From the IMG/VR virus record IMGVR_UViG_3300042946_000144, positions 24,332 through 88,331 of that record: a stretch of DNA of 64,000 bases. The stretch is one strand, 5' to 3'. Shown here piece by piece: positions 47,187 to 57,072 of the stretch. The translations under genes and the position numbers were made by a program. The stretch's first letter is position 1. Each line of letters starts with the position of its first letter. This DNA is from a virus (taxonomy: Duplodnaviria; Heunggongvirae; Uroviricota; Caudoviricetes). The notes under the pieces were generated by a model that saw only the letters and a program-made list of their open reading frames with translations, was not told the DNA's origin and searched no databases.

Positions 47187-49122
47187 CATAGAGACCCTTA
47201 AGGAATATTTCTTAGTGGTCGCATTAGTTCCTCAGGAACCATATAGAGTTTTTAAGGTTAATAAAGACCAGAACAGCTTAGATGCTTTCATCAATTTTAC
47301 AAAGGAATATCAAGATTACTATTGGGTGGGGTATAACAACCTAAGGTTTGACTCTCAGGTGATTGAGTGGATTATTAGGAACAATGAGAATTGGCATGAG
47401 CTTTCAAGCTTAGATATTACATCTAGAATACATCAGAAAGCACAAGATGTGATACATGATGCTAATTATGATGTATTTCCTGAATACAGAGAATCAGATC
47501 TTTCCTTGAAACAGCTCGATCTATTTAAAATACACCACTATGACAATAAGAACAGACGAGTGAGTTTAAAAAGACTTGAGTTTGAAATGGATCTTGAGAA
47601 CATTGAAGAGATGCCCATAGATCATAACAAAACAGGTATGACTGATGAAGAAATAATCCTCACTACAGAATACTGTTTGAACGATGTTTGGGCTACTTAT
47701 CAGTTCTATCTTGTAACAATTGGTGAAACAGAACATCCTTTATATAAAGGAAACAACCAGATTGAGCTCAGAATGGATATACAGGAAGAATTTGGTATTC
47801 CCTGTTTAAACTATTCAGATAGTAAGATTGGTGATGAGATGATTAAGAAGTATTATTGTATAGAAAAGGGAATAGACTACAAAGAACTTCCCAAGAAAGG
47901 ATTCTTCAGGAAGGATATTAAGATTAAACACTGTATAGCACACTATGTTGAATTCGAAACACCTGAACTAAAGAAGTTCCTTTCTGATATAAGTAAGAAA
48001 ACACTCACAATGAGTGATGATTTTAAAGAAGATTTACATTTTTATGACAACATTTATGCATTCGCAAAGGGTGGGCTACATACAGAAAATGGTCCAAAGG
48101 TGTTTGAGGCTGATGATGAACACTTCATTATTGATTGGGACGTTAGCTCATACTATCCTGCTATCATCATTAATAACGGTAAGTATCCCTATCATTTGGG
48201 TAAGGAATTCCTTGCTGGATATAAGAAGATGTTTGAGAAAAGGCTAGAACTGAAACCCTTAGCTAAGAAAGACAAGAAGATCAAAGGTATTGTTGGTGCT
48301 CTAAAGCTTGCTGTAAACTCTGTTTATGGTAAATCTTCTGACATGCAATCCTGGATTTATGACAGACAACTTACAATGTTCACCACTATAACAGGAGAAC
48401 TTTCTCTGTTAATGCTCATTGAGAAATATGAACTTGCTGGTATAAAAGTTATTTCTGCTAATACAGATGGTGTCACTATTCGCATTCATAAAGACAAACT
48501 CGAAAAGATGTTTGAGATTAATAAATGGTGGTGCAAAGCGACACAATATGAGCTAGAACGTGCTGATTATCAGAAGATTATATTCTCAACGGTGAACGAT
48601 TATTTAGCAATTAAAACTGATGGAGATGTTAAAAAGAAAGGTGATTTCCTCACAGACTTTGAATTACATAAAAACAAGTCTGCGTGTATTGTTCCTATTG
48701 CCCTTGAGCATTATTTTGTTAGCGGTGTTCCTATTGTGGACACTATTAGAACTCACTCTAATATTTTTGATTTCTGTCTTAGACAAAAGTCTTCCAGGGA
48801 CTTTCACTATGAAGGAATCAATAGAAGAACTGGAGAAACCACAGTATACCACAAACTTATCAGATACTACATATCTCAACAAGGAGAAAAACTCCTGAAA
48901 GTGAAGAATGAAGATTCTGACAGTGGTGCAGCTAATGTTTCTCAAGTGGAAGCAGGTGAATGGCTAGCAACAGTGTGTAATCATCTTACCAAGGATCATC
49001 CAATGGACAACATCAACTATGAATATTACATAGAGAGAGCAAATAAGATAGTCCACAAGATTGAAACAGAAGGTAAGAAGAGAAAAGTTATTGTTAACCC
49101 AAATCAAATGTCACTATTCTAA
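47167..49122 (+). CDS. polB: family B DNA polymerase with 3'-5' exonuclease (compact, 651 aa)
   Basis: Exo I YDIET, Exo II YNNLRFD, Exo III YCLNDVWATY. Motif A DWDVSSYYPAII, motif B KLAVNSVYGK, motif C ISANTDGV. Confidence 0.8.
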   Translation: MKVVMYDIETLKEYFLVVALVPQEPYRVFKVNKDQNSLDAFINFTKEYQDYYWVGYNNLRFDSQVIEWIIRNNENWHELSSLDITSRIHQKAQDVIHDANYDVFPEYRESDLSLKQLDLFKIHHYDNKNRRVSLKRLEFEMDLENIEEMPIDHNKTGMTDEEIILTTEYCLNDVWATYQFYLVTIGETEHPLYKGNNQIELRMDIQEEFGIPCLNYSDSKIGDEMIKKYYCIEKGIDYKELPKKGFFRKDIKIKHCIAHYVEFETPELKKFLSDISKKTLTMSDDFKEDLHFYDNIYAFAKGGLHTENGPKVFEADDEHFIIDWDVSSYYPAIIINNGKYPYHLGKEFLAGYKKMFEKRLELKPLAKKDKKIKGIVGALKLAVNSVYGKSSDMQSWIYDRQLTMFTTITGELSLLMLIEKYELAGIKVISANTDGVTIRIHKDKLEKMFEINKWWCKATQYELERADYQKIIFSTVNDYLAIKTDGDVKKKGDFLTDFELHKNKSACIVPIALEHYFVSGVPIVDTIRTHSNIFDFCLRQKSSRDFHYEGINRRTGETTVYHKLIRYYISQQGEKLLKVKNEDSDSGAANVSQVEAGEWLATVCNHLTKDHPMDNINYEYYIERANKIVHKIETEGKKRKVIVNPNQMSLF

Positions 49123-49406
49123 TGGCAATCAATCGTACAAACATTGCTGATCATTTGGTTGAGTATCAACTGAATATGGTTGGTAAGACAATGGCAGAAG
49201 CTTACAAAACAGATGAATGGTATCACAAATGGACTATGACAGAAGCTCAACAGGAAGACCTTAGAGCATATGCTATTCCTCTTATAAAGAAAGTATTTAG
49301 ATGTAACAAGAGAAAGGCTGAAAGTATATTCAGCTGGTTTATTCTCCAATTTGGTCTCAGAATTGATAACAACAATAAAATGGAAGATTATGCAGAAGAG
49401 TTATAA
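49122..49406 (+). CDS. hypothetical protein (94 aa)
   Basis: ORF, ATGA-type overlap with polB. Confidence 0.4.
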   Translation: MAINRTNIADHLVEYQLNMVGKTMAEAYKTDEWYHKWTMTEAQQEDLRAYAIPLIKKVFRCNKRKAESIFSWFILQFGLRIDNNNKMEDYAEEL

Positions 49407-49656
49407 ACTTATAGACACAGATGGTGCTGTTTATACATTTACAAATATAAATGACATGTATGAGCTAAAAGATGGTAATGGAGACATATTGCTATCTGGA
49501 ACAGACACAGGAAATGAATTTGTATTTAATCAAGAAGACATTTCATCAGAGATGGGCTATTATACATTAGATGCATTGAGAATGTTTTTAAACATGATTG
49601 AGAAATGCGATTCAAATATGTTTGAACCGTATGAAATCTACGAAAAAGTAAAATAA
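49351..49656 (+). CDS. hypothetical protein (101 aa)
   Basis: ORF. Confidence 0.4.
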   Translation: MVSELITTIKWKIMQKSYKLIDTDGAVYTFTNINDMYELKDGNGDILLSGTDTGNEFVFNQEDISSEMGYYTLDALRMFLNMIEKCDSNMFEPYEIYEKVK

Positions 49657-49970
49657 TGGAAAATCAAGGAAAAAGAAAGTCCCAGATAGAAGATTCTGGG
49701 ATTTTTTTGTTTATAGCAGGTATGTCACTCATCATCTCTATACTACTAATGTTCCTATTAGGAGGTTGTGCAAGCGGTTCTTCTCAGAATATAGAAGAAG
49801 AAAAGGTGCTTATAAACATCAATGGAATAAATGTAGAACTTGTATCAGATGAATACGGTGGACAGTATTTGAAACAAAATACTAGAGCTGGAGTTATTTA
49901 TGTCCCATATATAGGACCTACAGAAGAACCTACAGACACATTAAAATTCTTTAACGCTAAAAACAAATAA
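49656..49970 (+). CDS. lipoprotein (lipobox LLGGC)
   Basis: Hydrophobic h-region followed by LLGGCASGSS; alternative start at 49722. Confidence 0.45.
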   Translation: MENQGKRKSQIEDSGIFLFIAGMSLIISILLMFLLGGCASGSSQNIEEEKVLININGINVELVSDEYGGQYLKQNTRAGVIYVPYIGPTEEPTDTLKFFNAKNK

Positions 49971-49972
49971 CA

Positions 49973-50524
49973 ATGGGAGCTACGTTCTTTAAAACAACCT
50001 ACAGAGGTAAATCATTATCAGAAGCATATAAAAGTGCTGTAGAAGATGCAGAAAATGAATATGGACATGATCCATATAATGGAACTATATCCACAACAAC
50101 AGGATTTCGTGTACTGGACAAAACAAGTGATTATAAGGCTAGTGGTAAGTCGTTGAATGAATATATAGACATTCAATCAGATGAAATTGATAAGCGTCAG
50201 TGTGCAGCTATATGCATAGAAGAACCTAAGACAAATAATAACAAGATTAAATCTCACGTAGAGCATGTTGTCACTCCTGGTACAAAGAAATGGGTATTAC
50301 GATATGTTGTTAGGCATCATGATCATTTCATTGGTGCTTGGCCTACAAAAGGAGATGCTGTAAAAGATGCTCGTAGATATACAGAAGCAAATCAAGTGGG
50401 TACAACGATATCAATGGAGAAATATCTTGAAAAAGGTACAACAACAGTGGCTAAAGTCACATACAAACGTTCAGACAAAGAAAAAGATGGTCGTTGGGTA
50501 TTCTTTGGTTGGGCTGCTGAATAA
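49973..50524 (+). CDS. hypothetical protein (183 aa)
   Basis: ORF. Confidence 0.45.
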   Translation: MGATFFKTTYRGKSLSEAYKSAVEDAENEYGHDPYNGTISTTTGFRVLDKTSDYKASGKSLNEYIDIQSDEIDKRQCAAICIEEPKTNNNKIKSHVEHVVTPGTKKWVLRYVVRHHDHFIGAWPTKGDAVKDARRYTEANQVGTTISMEKYLEKGTTTVAKVTYKRSDKEKDGRWVFFGWAAE

Positions 50525-50541
50525 CACTAAAAACAATTATT

Positions 50542-50730
50542 ATGATTAACGAAGATTGGGAGAGGGAATCCTTCAAAGATTTCATATATTTGCAAGAGGA
50601 GATGGAGCTTCTCAAACAGGAAATTAACGAAGAGAAAGAACGTCTTGCTGCTAAGATATTGGTAATCAAAGAAGAAAAAATACGTGAATATGAAAAACAT
50701 AGCGTTTCAGCAATTCCACGAACTACATAA
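50542..50730 (+). CDS. small coiled-coil protein (62 aa)
   Basis: ORF. Confidence 0.3.
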   Translation: MINEDWERESFKDFIYLQEEMELLKQEINEEKERLAAKILVIKEEKIREYEKHSVSAIPRTT

Positions 50731-51313
50731 TGGTGGACATACATTGGACCAGGTTTATATGCTACTGAAGATCGAAGAAGGTGTTGACCTTAATTCTTTG
50801 TGTAAAGGATCTCCTAAAATGGAGATTCTTTACCAAGGATTATATAGAAGAGGTCTAATCACAGATGATCACAAGATTACCCTTAGAGGGCAAGAGATGA
50901 TTAAGTTTATAGAAGAATCTGCTCCTGAGGAGAAACTACCAAGGAGAAGAGTTGTAACTACAGACTTTGATCTATGGTGGAAAACCTATCCAGGAACAGA
51001 CACATTCACTCATCAGGGAAAAAGTTTCTCAGGAAGCAGGAGCTTGAGAGTTAAAAAGGATGATTGTAAAGCTAAGTTTAAGAAGATCCTTGAAGAAGGT
51101 GAATACACAGCTAATGATCTAGTTGAAGCCTTAAAGTTTGAAGTGGAGCAGAAGAAACAAAACTCCATAAAGGAGAAAACAAACAAGCTCACATTTATGC
51201 AGAACAGTCTCACCTATCTTAATCAGCGTACGTTTGAACCATTCATTGAGCTCATTAAATCAGGAATCAAGATTGTAGAACACAAAGAAGTGCAAGGAGG
51301 CACTGATATATGA
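50684..51313 (+). CDS. hypothetical protein (209 aa)
   Basis: ORF. Confidence 0.45.
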   Translation: MNMKNIAFQQFHELHNGGHTLDQVYMLLKIEEGVDLNSLCKGSPKMEILYQGLYRRGLITDDHKITLRGQEMIKFIEESAPEEKLPRRRVVTTDFDLWWKTYPGTDTFTHQGKSFSGSRSLRVKKDDCKAKFKKILEEGEYTANDLVEALKFEVEQKKQNSIKEKTNKLTFMQNSLTYLNQRTFEPFIELIKSGIKIVEHKEVQGGTDI

Positions 51314-51525
51314 CAGCAAAAGAAAAAGCAAAAGATTTGTATAACAAAATGATTGTTGATTTTACAATAGACAAATGGCAATCTAAACAATGTGCATTAG
51401 TAGCAGTAGATGAGATAATAAAATCAAATCCAACATCTGAACTTTCAAACCCATTCTTAGGTAATAGAACTTATGAAAATGTTAACTATTGGAAGGATGT
51501 AAAAAAAGAAATAGAAAGCCTATGA
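51310..51525 (+). CDS. hypothetical protein (71 aa)
   Basis: ORF. Confidence 0.4.
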   Translation: MTAKEKAKDLYNKMIVDFTIDKWQSKQCALVAVDEIIKSNPTSELSNPFLGNRTYENVNYWKDVKKEIESL

Positions 51526-52583
51526 GTTTTGAACAATTAAAAGCAGCTGTACAAGATGGTCTCGATGGGAGAAACAGTGGTATTCCTATGGGGTTCAATA
51601 GATTGAACAAGTATATAGGAATCAGGAAAAGCATGTATTTCCTTGTAGGTGGGCTTACAGGTTCAGGTAAGACATCCTTTATAGATGATGCATTTGTTTT
51701 GAACCCTTTTGACTGGTATATCATGCAGAAAGACCCAAAAATCAAATTGCGAATGATATATCGTTCAATGGAGCGGTCTAGAACATACAAGCTAGCAAAA
51801 TGGGTGAGCAGAAAGATCTTCTTAGATCACGGTGTAATTGTTCCTGTTCCCAAGATGTTAGGTTGGACAGAGAAGATGACCAAGGATGAGCATGATCTGT
51901 TCTTAATGTATGAAGATTATATGGGACAAATGGAAGAGGTTATTACAATCATCGATGGTCCAGAGAATGCTGTAGGTGTAGCCAAAGAACTAAAAGCACA
52001 TGCTTTACAGAACGGAAGGATTGAACAGATTGATGAATACAACAAGGTGTATGTTCCCAATAATGAGAATGAAGTGACTATTGTAGTTATAGACCACATA
52101 GGTCTTTTAAAAACCACAAAAGACCAGCCTTCTAAAAAGGAAGCTATTGATAAGATGAGTGATGAGCTCAGATATGCAAGAGATTTCTTTGGATATACAC
52201 CTGTAGCTGTTAGTCAGTTCAACAGATCTATTTCCAATCCTATGAGAATCAAGAATGGTGATGTAGAACCTCAATTGGAGGATTTTGCAGAGAGTTCCAG
52301 TACACAAAATGATGCAGACGTTGTATTAGCATTATTTGATCCTATGAGATATAAGGTGGCAGATCCATCAGGTTATGACCTAAACAAGCTAAAAGATCAA
52401 TTCGGAGCAAAGTATTTCAGGAGTCTTAGATTGATTAAGAATTCCTATGGAGAGGATGATGTGAGAATTGGTCTTGGTTTTATGGGTCAAATAGGTATGT
52501 TCAAAGAACTTCCTAAAAGAGCAGAAATGACAGACGCAGACTATGAATCTGTAACAAACAAATCTTTTTTTCTAAACCAATAA
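51522..52583 (+). CDS. DnaB-family (SF4) replicative helicase, RecA-like core only
   Basis: GIPMGFNRLNKYIG. H1 GGLTGSGKTSF, H2 IVVIDHIGLL, H3 SQFNRS, H4 RIGLGFMGQ. Start at the ATGA-coupled Met 51522. Confidence 0.8.
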   Translation: MSFEQLKAAVQDGLDGRNSGIPMGFNRLNKYIGIRKSMYFLVGGLTGSGKTSFIDDAFVLNPFDWYIMQKDPKIKLRMIYRSMERSRTYKLAKWVSRKIFLDHGVIVPVPKMLGWTEKMTKDEHDLFLMYEDYMGQMEEVITIIDGPENAVGVAKELKAHALQNGRIEQIDEYNKVYVPNNENEVTIVVIDHIGLLKTTKDQPSKKEAIDKMSDELRYARDFFGYTPVAVSQFNRSISNPMRIKNGDVEPQLEDFAESSSTQNDADVVLALFDPMRYKVADPSGYDLNKLKDQFGAKYFRSLRLIKNSYGEDDVRIGLGFMGQIGMFKELPKRAEMTDADYESVTNKSFFLNQ

Positions 52584-52753
52584 CATGAGAATAACAACAG
52601 CAGCGTTTAACACACTACCTAGCACAAAAGATCACTTTTGGCAAGTGGTAATTTTTCCAACAATTTCAGTGCTAAAAAGCATTGATAGATATGATCCATA
52701 TACAGCCATTAATTTTGAATGGTTGTTCTGGTCATTCACAATAATGATTAACA

Positions 52754-52999
52754 ATGACAAGAGACGAGTATTTGGGTCTTAGGGGGTCAACTTCCTACAA
52801 CCTTCTCTATGAATATTATAGAGAGAAATATGACGGTTATAAGCATCAGCCATTCCTGGACTTCATGGAATTTGTAAAATTCATGCAAATGTGGCCAGCA
52901 ATAAGAGGTGCTTATGACAAAGTGTTGGACTATTATGATGAAAAATTCAATGTCACAGTGTTAAAAGACAAAGAAGGAAACACAATAGGATATTCATGA
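52754..52999 (+). CDS. hypothetical protein (81 aa)
   Basis: ORF. Confidence 0.4.
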   Translation: MTRDEYLGLRGSTSYNLLYEYYREKYDGYKHQPFLDFMEFVKFMQMWPAIRGAYDKVLDYYDEKFNVTVLKDKEGNTIGYS

Positions 53000-54072
53000 A
53001 GCAAGATGAATTACAACAAAAATTTATAGACGAAGGACTAAAGTTCTTTAAGAAAATCGACAGGGGGTATTATAACCTCGCAATGAGATTTGGTAAATGT
53101 AGGACCACCATTGAGCTTATGAAAAAGCTCCTGCGTAAGAATGAATGGGTGCTTATAGCCTATCCAGATAACAAGTTGAAACAAACTTGGATGGATGAGA
53201 TGGAGAAATGGGGATGGGATGATTCAATTAACGTAGAATATGTCAATTTTAGCTCTCTCAAGAAACATCTTGATGCTAAATATGACTTCTTTGTGATTGA
53301 TGAATTTCATTCTGCCTCAGAGAATGAGCGTGATTATGCTCATGTAATCCTTGAGAACTCCAAATACACCCTTGGCTTATCAGGAACTGTTAGTAATGAT
53401 ACAATAGCATTATGGGATCTTGCAGAGATAGCTTCTTATTCTACAGATCAGGGTATTCAGGATGGTATTCTTGCAGACTACCAAATATCTGTACATAGAG
53501 TGAACCTGGATACTATAGAAACAACAAAGGATAAGAAAGGAAAGCTCAAGACAGAGAAGCAGAGATATGATGGTTATACATGGGTGATTGAGAATCTTAA
53601 AAGACAGGGTGGGAACTTTATGCATCTAGCCCTTGCAAGAAACAGACTCTCCTTATCATCTATTGGAAAGATAAACCACGTAAAGAAGCTCCTTGAGAAG
53701 CTATCTGACAAACGAGTTTTGGTATTCACAGGACTTGCAAATGTTGCAGACAATTTAGGCATTCCCTCCTACCACAGCAAATCAAAAGATGATTCTGCCT
53801 ATCTGGAGTTCCAGAGTGGTAAACATAATCATTTAGCATTAGCTGCTATGGGTAAGGTGGGGGTTACATATACAGATCTAGATTCTGTTATTCTGCTAAA
53901 CTTTACATATAATGCAGAAGAAACATCTCAAATCCTGAACAGAGCTATCAAGCTTGATTACAAGAACAAGAAAGCAGACCTTCATGTAATATGTCTGAAC
54001 GAACTTCCAGAGCTCAAGAAAGTAAAAGAAAGCCTATCAATGTTAGACGAAAACAAAATCAAATATTTATGA
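52996..54072 (+). CDS. SF2 (DEAD/DEAH-like) helicase/ATPase with degenerate motifs
   Basis: Motif II FFVIDEFH, motif III LSGTV, weak motif I RFGKCRTT, weak motif VI QILNRAIK. Confidence 0.45.
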   Translation: MKQDELQQKFIDEGLKFFKKIDRGYYNLAMRFGKCRTTIELMKKLLRKNEWVLIAYPDNKLKQTWMDEMEKWGWDDSINVEYVNFSSLKKHLDAKYDFFVIDEFHSASENERDYAHVILENSKYTLGLSGTVSNDTIALWDLAEIASYSTDQGIQDGILADYQISVHRVNLDTIETTKDKKGKLKTEKQRYDGYTWVIENLKRQGGNFMHLALARNRLSLSSIGKINHVKKLLEKLSDKRVLVFTGLANVADNLGIPSYHSKSKDDSAYLEFQSGKHNHLALAAMGKVGVTYTDLDSVILLNFTYNAEETSQILNRAIKLDYKNKKADLHVICLNELPELKKVKESLSMLDENKIKYL

Positions 54073-54293
54073 GAATAGAAATTATCAAAGAAACAAAAGT
54101 GGGAGATGATGCTTGGTATATATTAGAAGTGGATGGCAAGTATGTAAAGGGTAGCAGCTTGTTAAAACCCTTGATAGAACTATATGAACAAATTAAACAA
54201 GCAGGTCAAGATGCTCTAAAAACCAAAAGAGAAATTTTGGCAAGTGAAGAAATTGATGTATCTTCGAACTACATAATAAATAAACCACTTTAA
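54069..54293 (+). CDS. hypothetical protein (about 74 aa)
   Basis: ATGA-coupled internal start of ORF 53991..54293. Confidence 0.3.
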   Translation: MRIEIIKETKVGDDAWYILEVDGKYVKGSSLLKPLIELYEQIKQAGQDALKTKREILASEEIDVSSNYIINKPL

Positions 54294-54296
54294 ACT

Positions 54297-54968
54297 ATGG
54301 CAAGCAAATTAATCGGGATTGTTGGCTCTACTGGTACAGGTAAGAGCACTTCAATCAAACATCTAGATCCAAAAGAAACCTACATTATTAACACAGCAAA
54401 GAAAGAACTTCCCTTTAAAGGAGCAGACAAACTTTACAACGCAGAAAGCAAAAATTACAAGGAGGTAGATGAAATTACAGAGATTACACGTTTATTAAAA
54501 ACGATCTCTGAGAAAGCCCCACACATCAAAACTATTGTTATCGAGGATAGCAATTACATGATGTCCTTTCGTATGGCTGATAAAGCTACAGAAGTGGGAT
54601 ATACAAAGTTCACCATTCTTGCAAAAGATATGGTGGAATTATTTAGAGAAGCTCGTAAGCTTCGTGATGATCTCAAGATATTCTACTTTACACATCCAGA
54701 GATTATAGAGGATGGTGGTGAGATCGTTGGATATAAGATGAAAACATCAGGTAAGATGTTAGATAATCAAATCAATTTAGAAGGTCTCTTCACAATATGC
54801 TTATATACACATGTTGAAGAGGCAAAGGATGGAACTGCTACATACAATTTTGTAACAAACCGCTTTAAAAAATATCCTGCTAAAAGTCCAGACGGTATGT
54901 TTGATGAAATCAAGATACCAAACAACTTGCAAATTGTAGTGGATACAATCAACAACTATTATAATTAA
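54297..54968 (+). CDS. P-loop NTPase (AAA/Sak4-like or kinase-like)
   Basis: Walker A IVGSTGTGKST; Walker B-like IVIEDSN. Confidence 0.5.
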   Translation: MASKLIGIVGSTGTGKSTSIKHLDPKETYIINTAKKELPFKGADKLYNAESKNYKEVDEITEITRLLKTISEKAPHIKTIVIEDSNYMMSFRMADKATEVGYTKFTILAKDMVELFREARKLRDDLKIFYFTHPEIIEDGGEIVGYKMKTSGKMLDNQINLEGLFTICLYTHVEEAKDGTATYNFVTNRFKKYPAKSPDGMFDEIKIPNNLQIVVDTINNYYN

Positions 54969-54987
54969 CAATTAAAAACTAGAAAAC

Positions 54988-55857
54988 ATGTCATTAATCG
55001 GAGGAAAAAAGAAAGAACAACAACAATTTACAGAATCAGTTAAACGTGTAGGATTATTTGAAGCAAATGTAGTAGCAATCAATCCTGATATTGAGGAATA
55101 TAAAGACATCCTTGGTATGGAATTGAAAGAAGATAGCAAGGCTACAGAATATTTGGGTAAGTCTCAAGATGGAAACACTACATTGCGTGTAGATGTCTGG
55201 TTGGAAGAAACAAAGAATCAAGAGAAATATAAGGTGACTTTCTTCCTGGAGAACAAGGAGAGAGAGAATAAAGATGCTACTAAGTCTCAATTCATCAATT
55301 CTGTTGGTGCTTGCACATGGGCAGTAGATGCTAATGATTTACCAGACTGGTTTAAAGCAAGAGAGTGTCGTAAGGCATATGTAGGAGAAGAAGATCTTTA
55401 CAACTTCTTACGTACATGGTTAGGTAATCTTGACTATCGTGATGCTGAAACCACTTTACAATTAGATTGGAAGAAACTTATGAAAGGTAACATCAAAGAT
55501 TTGAAAGATCAGATTGATGGTGAATGGTGCACACCTGTTGTAGCTATGGCAACCATCAAAACTGTAATCAAAGATGATGAAACCAAAGAATATCAATCTG
55601 TTTACAATCGTGCTTTCTTACCAGCTTATGCAATTAAGCAGTTCCGTTTGGTTGATTATAATAAACCTGAGATAATTGGTGGATTGAAGTCTAAGAAACC
55701 TAAAGACCTGAAGCCTCATGAGAGATTTGTAATCAATGTAACAGGAGAATATGGCTGTCGTGATTTCTACACTTTTAAAGATCTAAAAGACTATAATCCT
55801 GAAGATAATCTGGTAGCTTCGGATAAGACCATCTCTGATGATGGGGCTGATTTCTAA
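54988..55857 (+). CDS. hypothetical protein (289 aa); SSB/annealing-protein candidate by position
   Basis: ORF after the ATPase; positional only. Confidence 0.4.
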   Translation: MSLIGGKKKEQQQFTESVKRVGLFEANVVAINPDIEEYKDILGMELKEDSKATEYLGKSQDGNTTLRVDVWLEETKNQEKYKVTFFLENKERENKDATKSQFINSVGACTWAVDANDLPDWFKARECRKAYVGEEDLYNFLRTWLGNLDYRDAETTLQLDWKKLMKGNIKDLKDQIDGEWCTPVVAMATIKTVIKDDETKEYQSVYNRAFLPAYAIKQFRLVDYNKPEIIGGLKSKKPKDLKPHERFVINVTGEYGCRDFYTFKDLKDYNPEDNLVASDKTISDDGADF

Positions 55858-55877
55858 TCAATTTGGTTAGTAAATGA

Positions 55878-55910
55878 GATCCCCTGCAGAGATGTGGGGG
55901 ATCTTTTTTT
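55878..55910 (+). terminator. rho-independent terminator
   Basis: GATCCCC-11nt loop-GGGGATC followed by TTTTTTT. Confidence 0.75.
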
Positions 55911-55923
55911 ATATCTTTATAAC

Positions 55924-56922
55924 ATGATAACAGGCAAAAAGAAAACAGTATTAACTACAGAAACTGTCCTTCAAAAAGTTACAGAATATGACATATTTAG
56001 ATGGTACATGCCTGATAAAAGTTGGAAGATCAACCAAGTTACATTCTCACCTTTCAGGAATGAGAGAAATCCTTCCTTCATAATAGGAAATAAGCATGGT
56101 AGATTGTCTTTTATAGATTTTGGTGACACAAGCAGAAGAGGAGACTGTTTCTCTTTTGTCAAGATGTTATACAATCTCTCTACAATAGATGATGTTCTCA
56201 AGATGATTGATCGTGATTTTGGTCTTGGTATACATGGTGCTCCTACAGGAGAATACAAAAGAGTTGTAGCTGAATACAAACAACCTGAGGAAAGCAAAAG
56301 ATATTCCTTAATACAGGTTAAGACACGTAAGTTCACTCAAGAGGAATTAGCTTATTGGAACCAGTATCACCAGGATATACAAGATCTCAGAGATAACAAC
56401 ATCTATTCTGTAGACAAACTCTATCTAAACAAACAAAGGTTCCCTATAAAGGATAATGAACTTAGGTTTGGTTATTTCTATGATGGACATTGGAAGATTT
56501 ACAGACCGTTTGCTGATAAGAAGAATAAATGGATGCCTAATAATGTTCCCATTACAGCAATGGATGGACTTAAGGACATAGAGCACTGCAGAATAGCCTT
56601 CATCAACAAGAGTAAGAAAGATTATATGGTGATGAAGAAGATTTTTCCTTGCTGCTGTGCTGTTCAGAATGAGGGACTGGGATGTTTCTCTACAGAGAAC
56701 GTTCAATATCTCAAGGACAATTCTGACATCCAAATCCTATCCTTTGATGCAGACTCTACAGGAGTGACAAACTCCCAACAAATCACCAAACTGTTTGACT
56801 TTGGTTATTGTAATGTTCCAAGATCCTATGTGAAAGAAGGAATTAAAGACTGGGCTGATCTTGCAAAAGCACATGGTCTGAAAGCTATTGAGGATTATTT
56901 GATAGAAAAAGAACTGTTATGA
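55924..56922 (+). CDS. DnaG-like primase (TOPRIM) with Cys-less zinc-ribbon-like motif
   Basis: FSPFRNERNPSF resembles CPFHxEKTPSF. TOPRIM ILSFDADSTG and EGLGCFS glutamate. The upstream ATG 55894 lies inside the terminator stem. Confidence 0.55.
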   Translation: MITGKKKTVLTTETVLQKVTEYDIFRWYMPDKSWKINQVTFSPFRNERNPSFIIGNKHGRLSFIDFGDTSRRGDCFSFVKMLYNLSTIDDVLKMIDRDFGLGIHGAPTGEYKRVVAEYKQPEESKRYSLIQVKTRKFTQEELAYWNQYHQDIQDLRDNNIYSVDKLYLNKQRFPIKDNELRFGYFYDGHWKIYRPFADKKNKWMPNNVPITAMDGLKDIEHCRIAFINKSKKDYMVMKKIFPCCCAVQNEGLGCFSTENVQYLKDNSDIQILSFDADSTGVTNSQQITKLFDFGYCNVPRSYVKEGIKDWADLAKAHGLKAIEDYLIEKELL

Positions 56923-57072
56923 CAATTAACCAGCTTATAGACAAAATAAAAGACAACGCTGAGTGGTTACAGACCACAGAAGGAGATGAAATAGAGTGTA
57001 TATCTATGGAGAATCTCCAAGAAATTTTACAAAAGTATTTTAAACTAGAATTAAACTTAAAAACAGATGACT
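56920..57072 (+). CDS. small protein (50 aa)
   Basis: Manual ORF MTINQLIDKIKDNAEWLQTTEGDEIECISMENLQEILQKYFKLELNLKTDD. Confidence 0.3.

Noticed and set aside
55894-55923. Upstream ATG (MGDLFLYLYN...) as primase start
   Set aside because: This ATG lies inside the stem of the strong terminator hairpin; the downstream ATG at 55924 is preferred.
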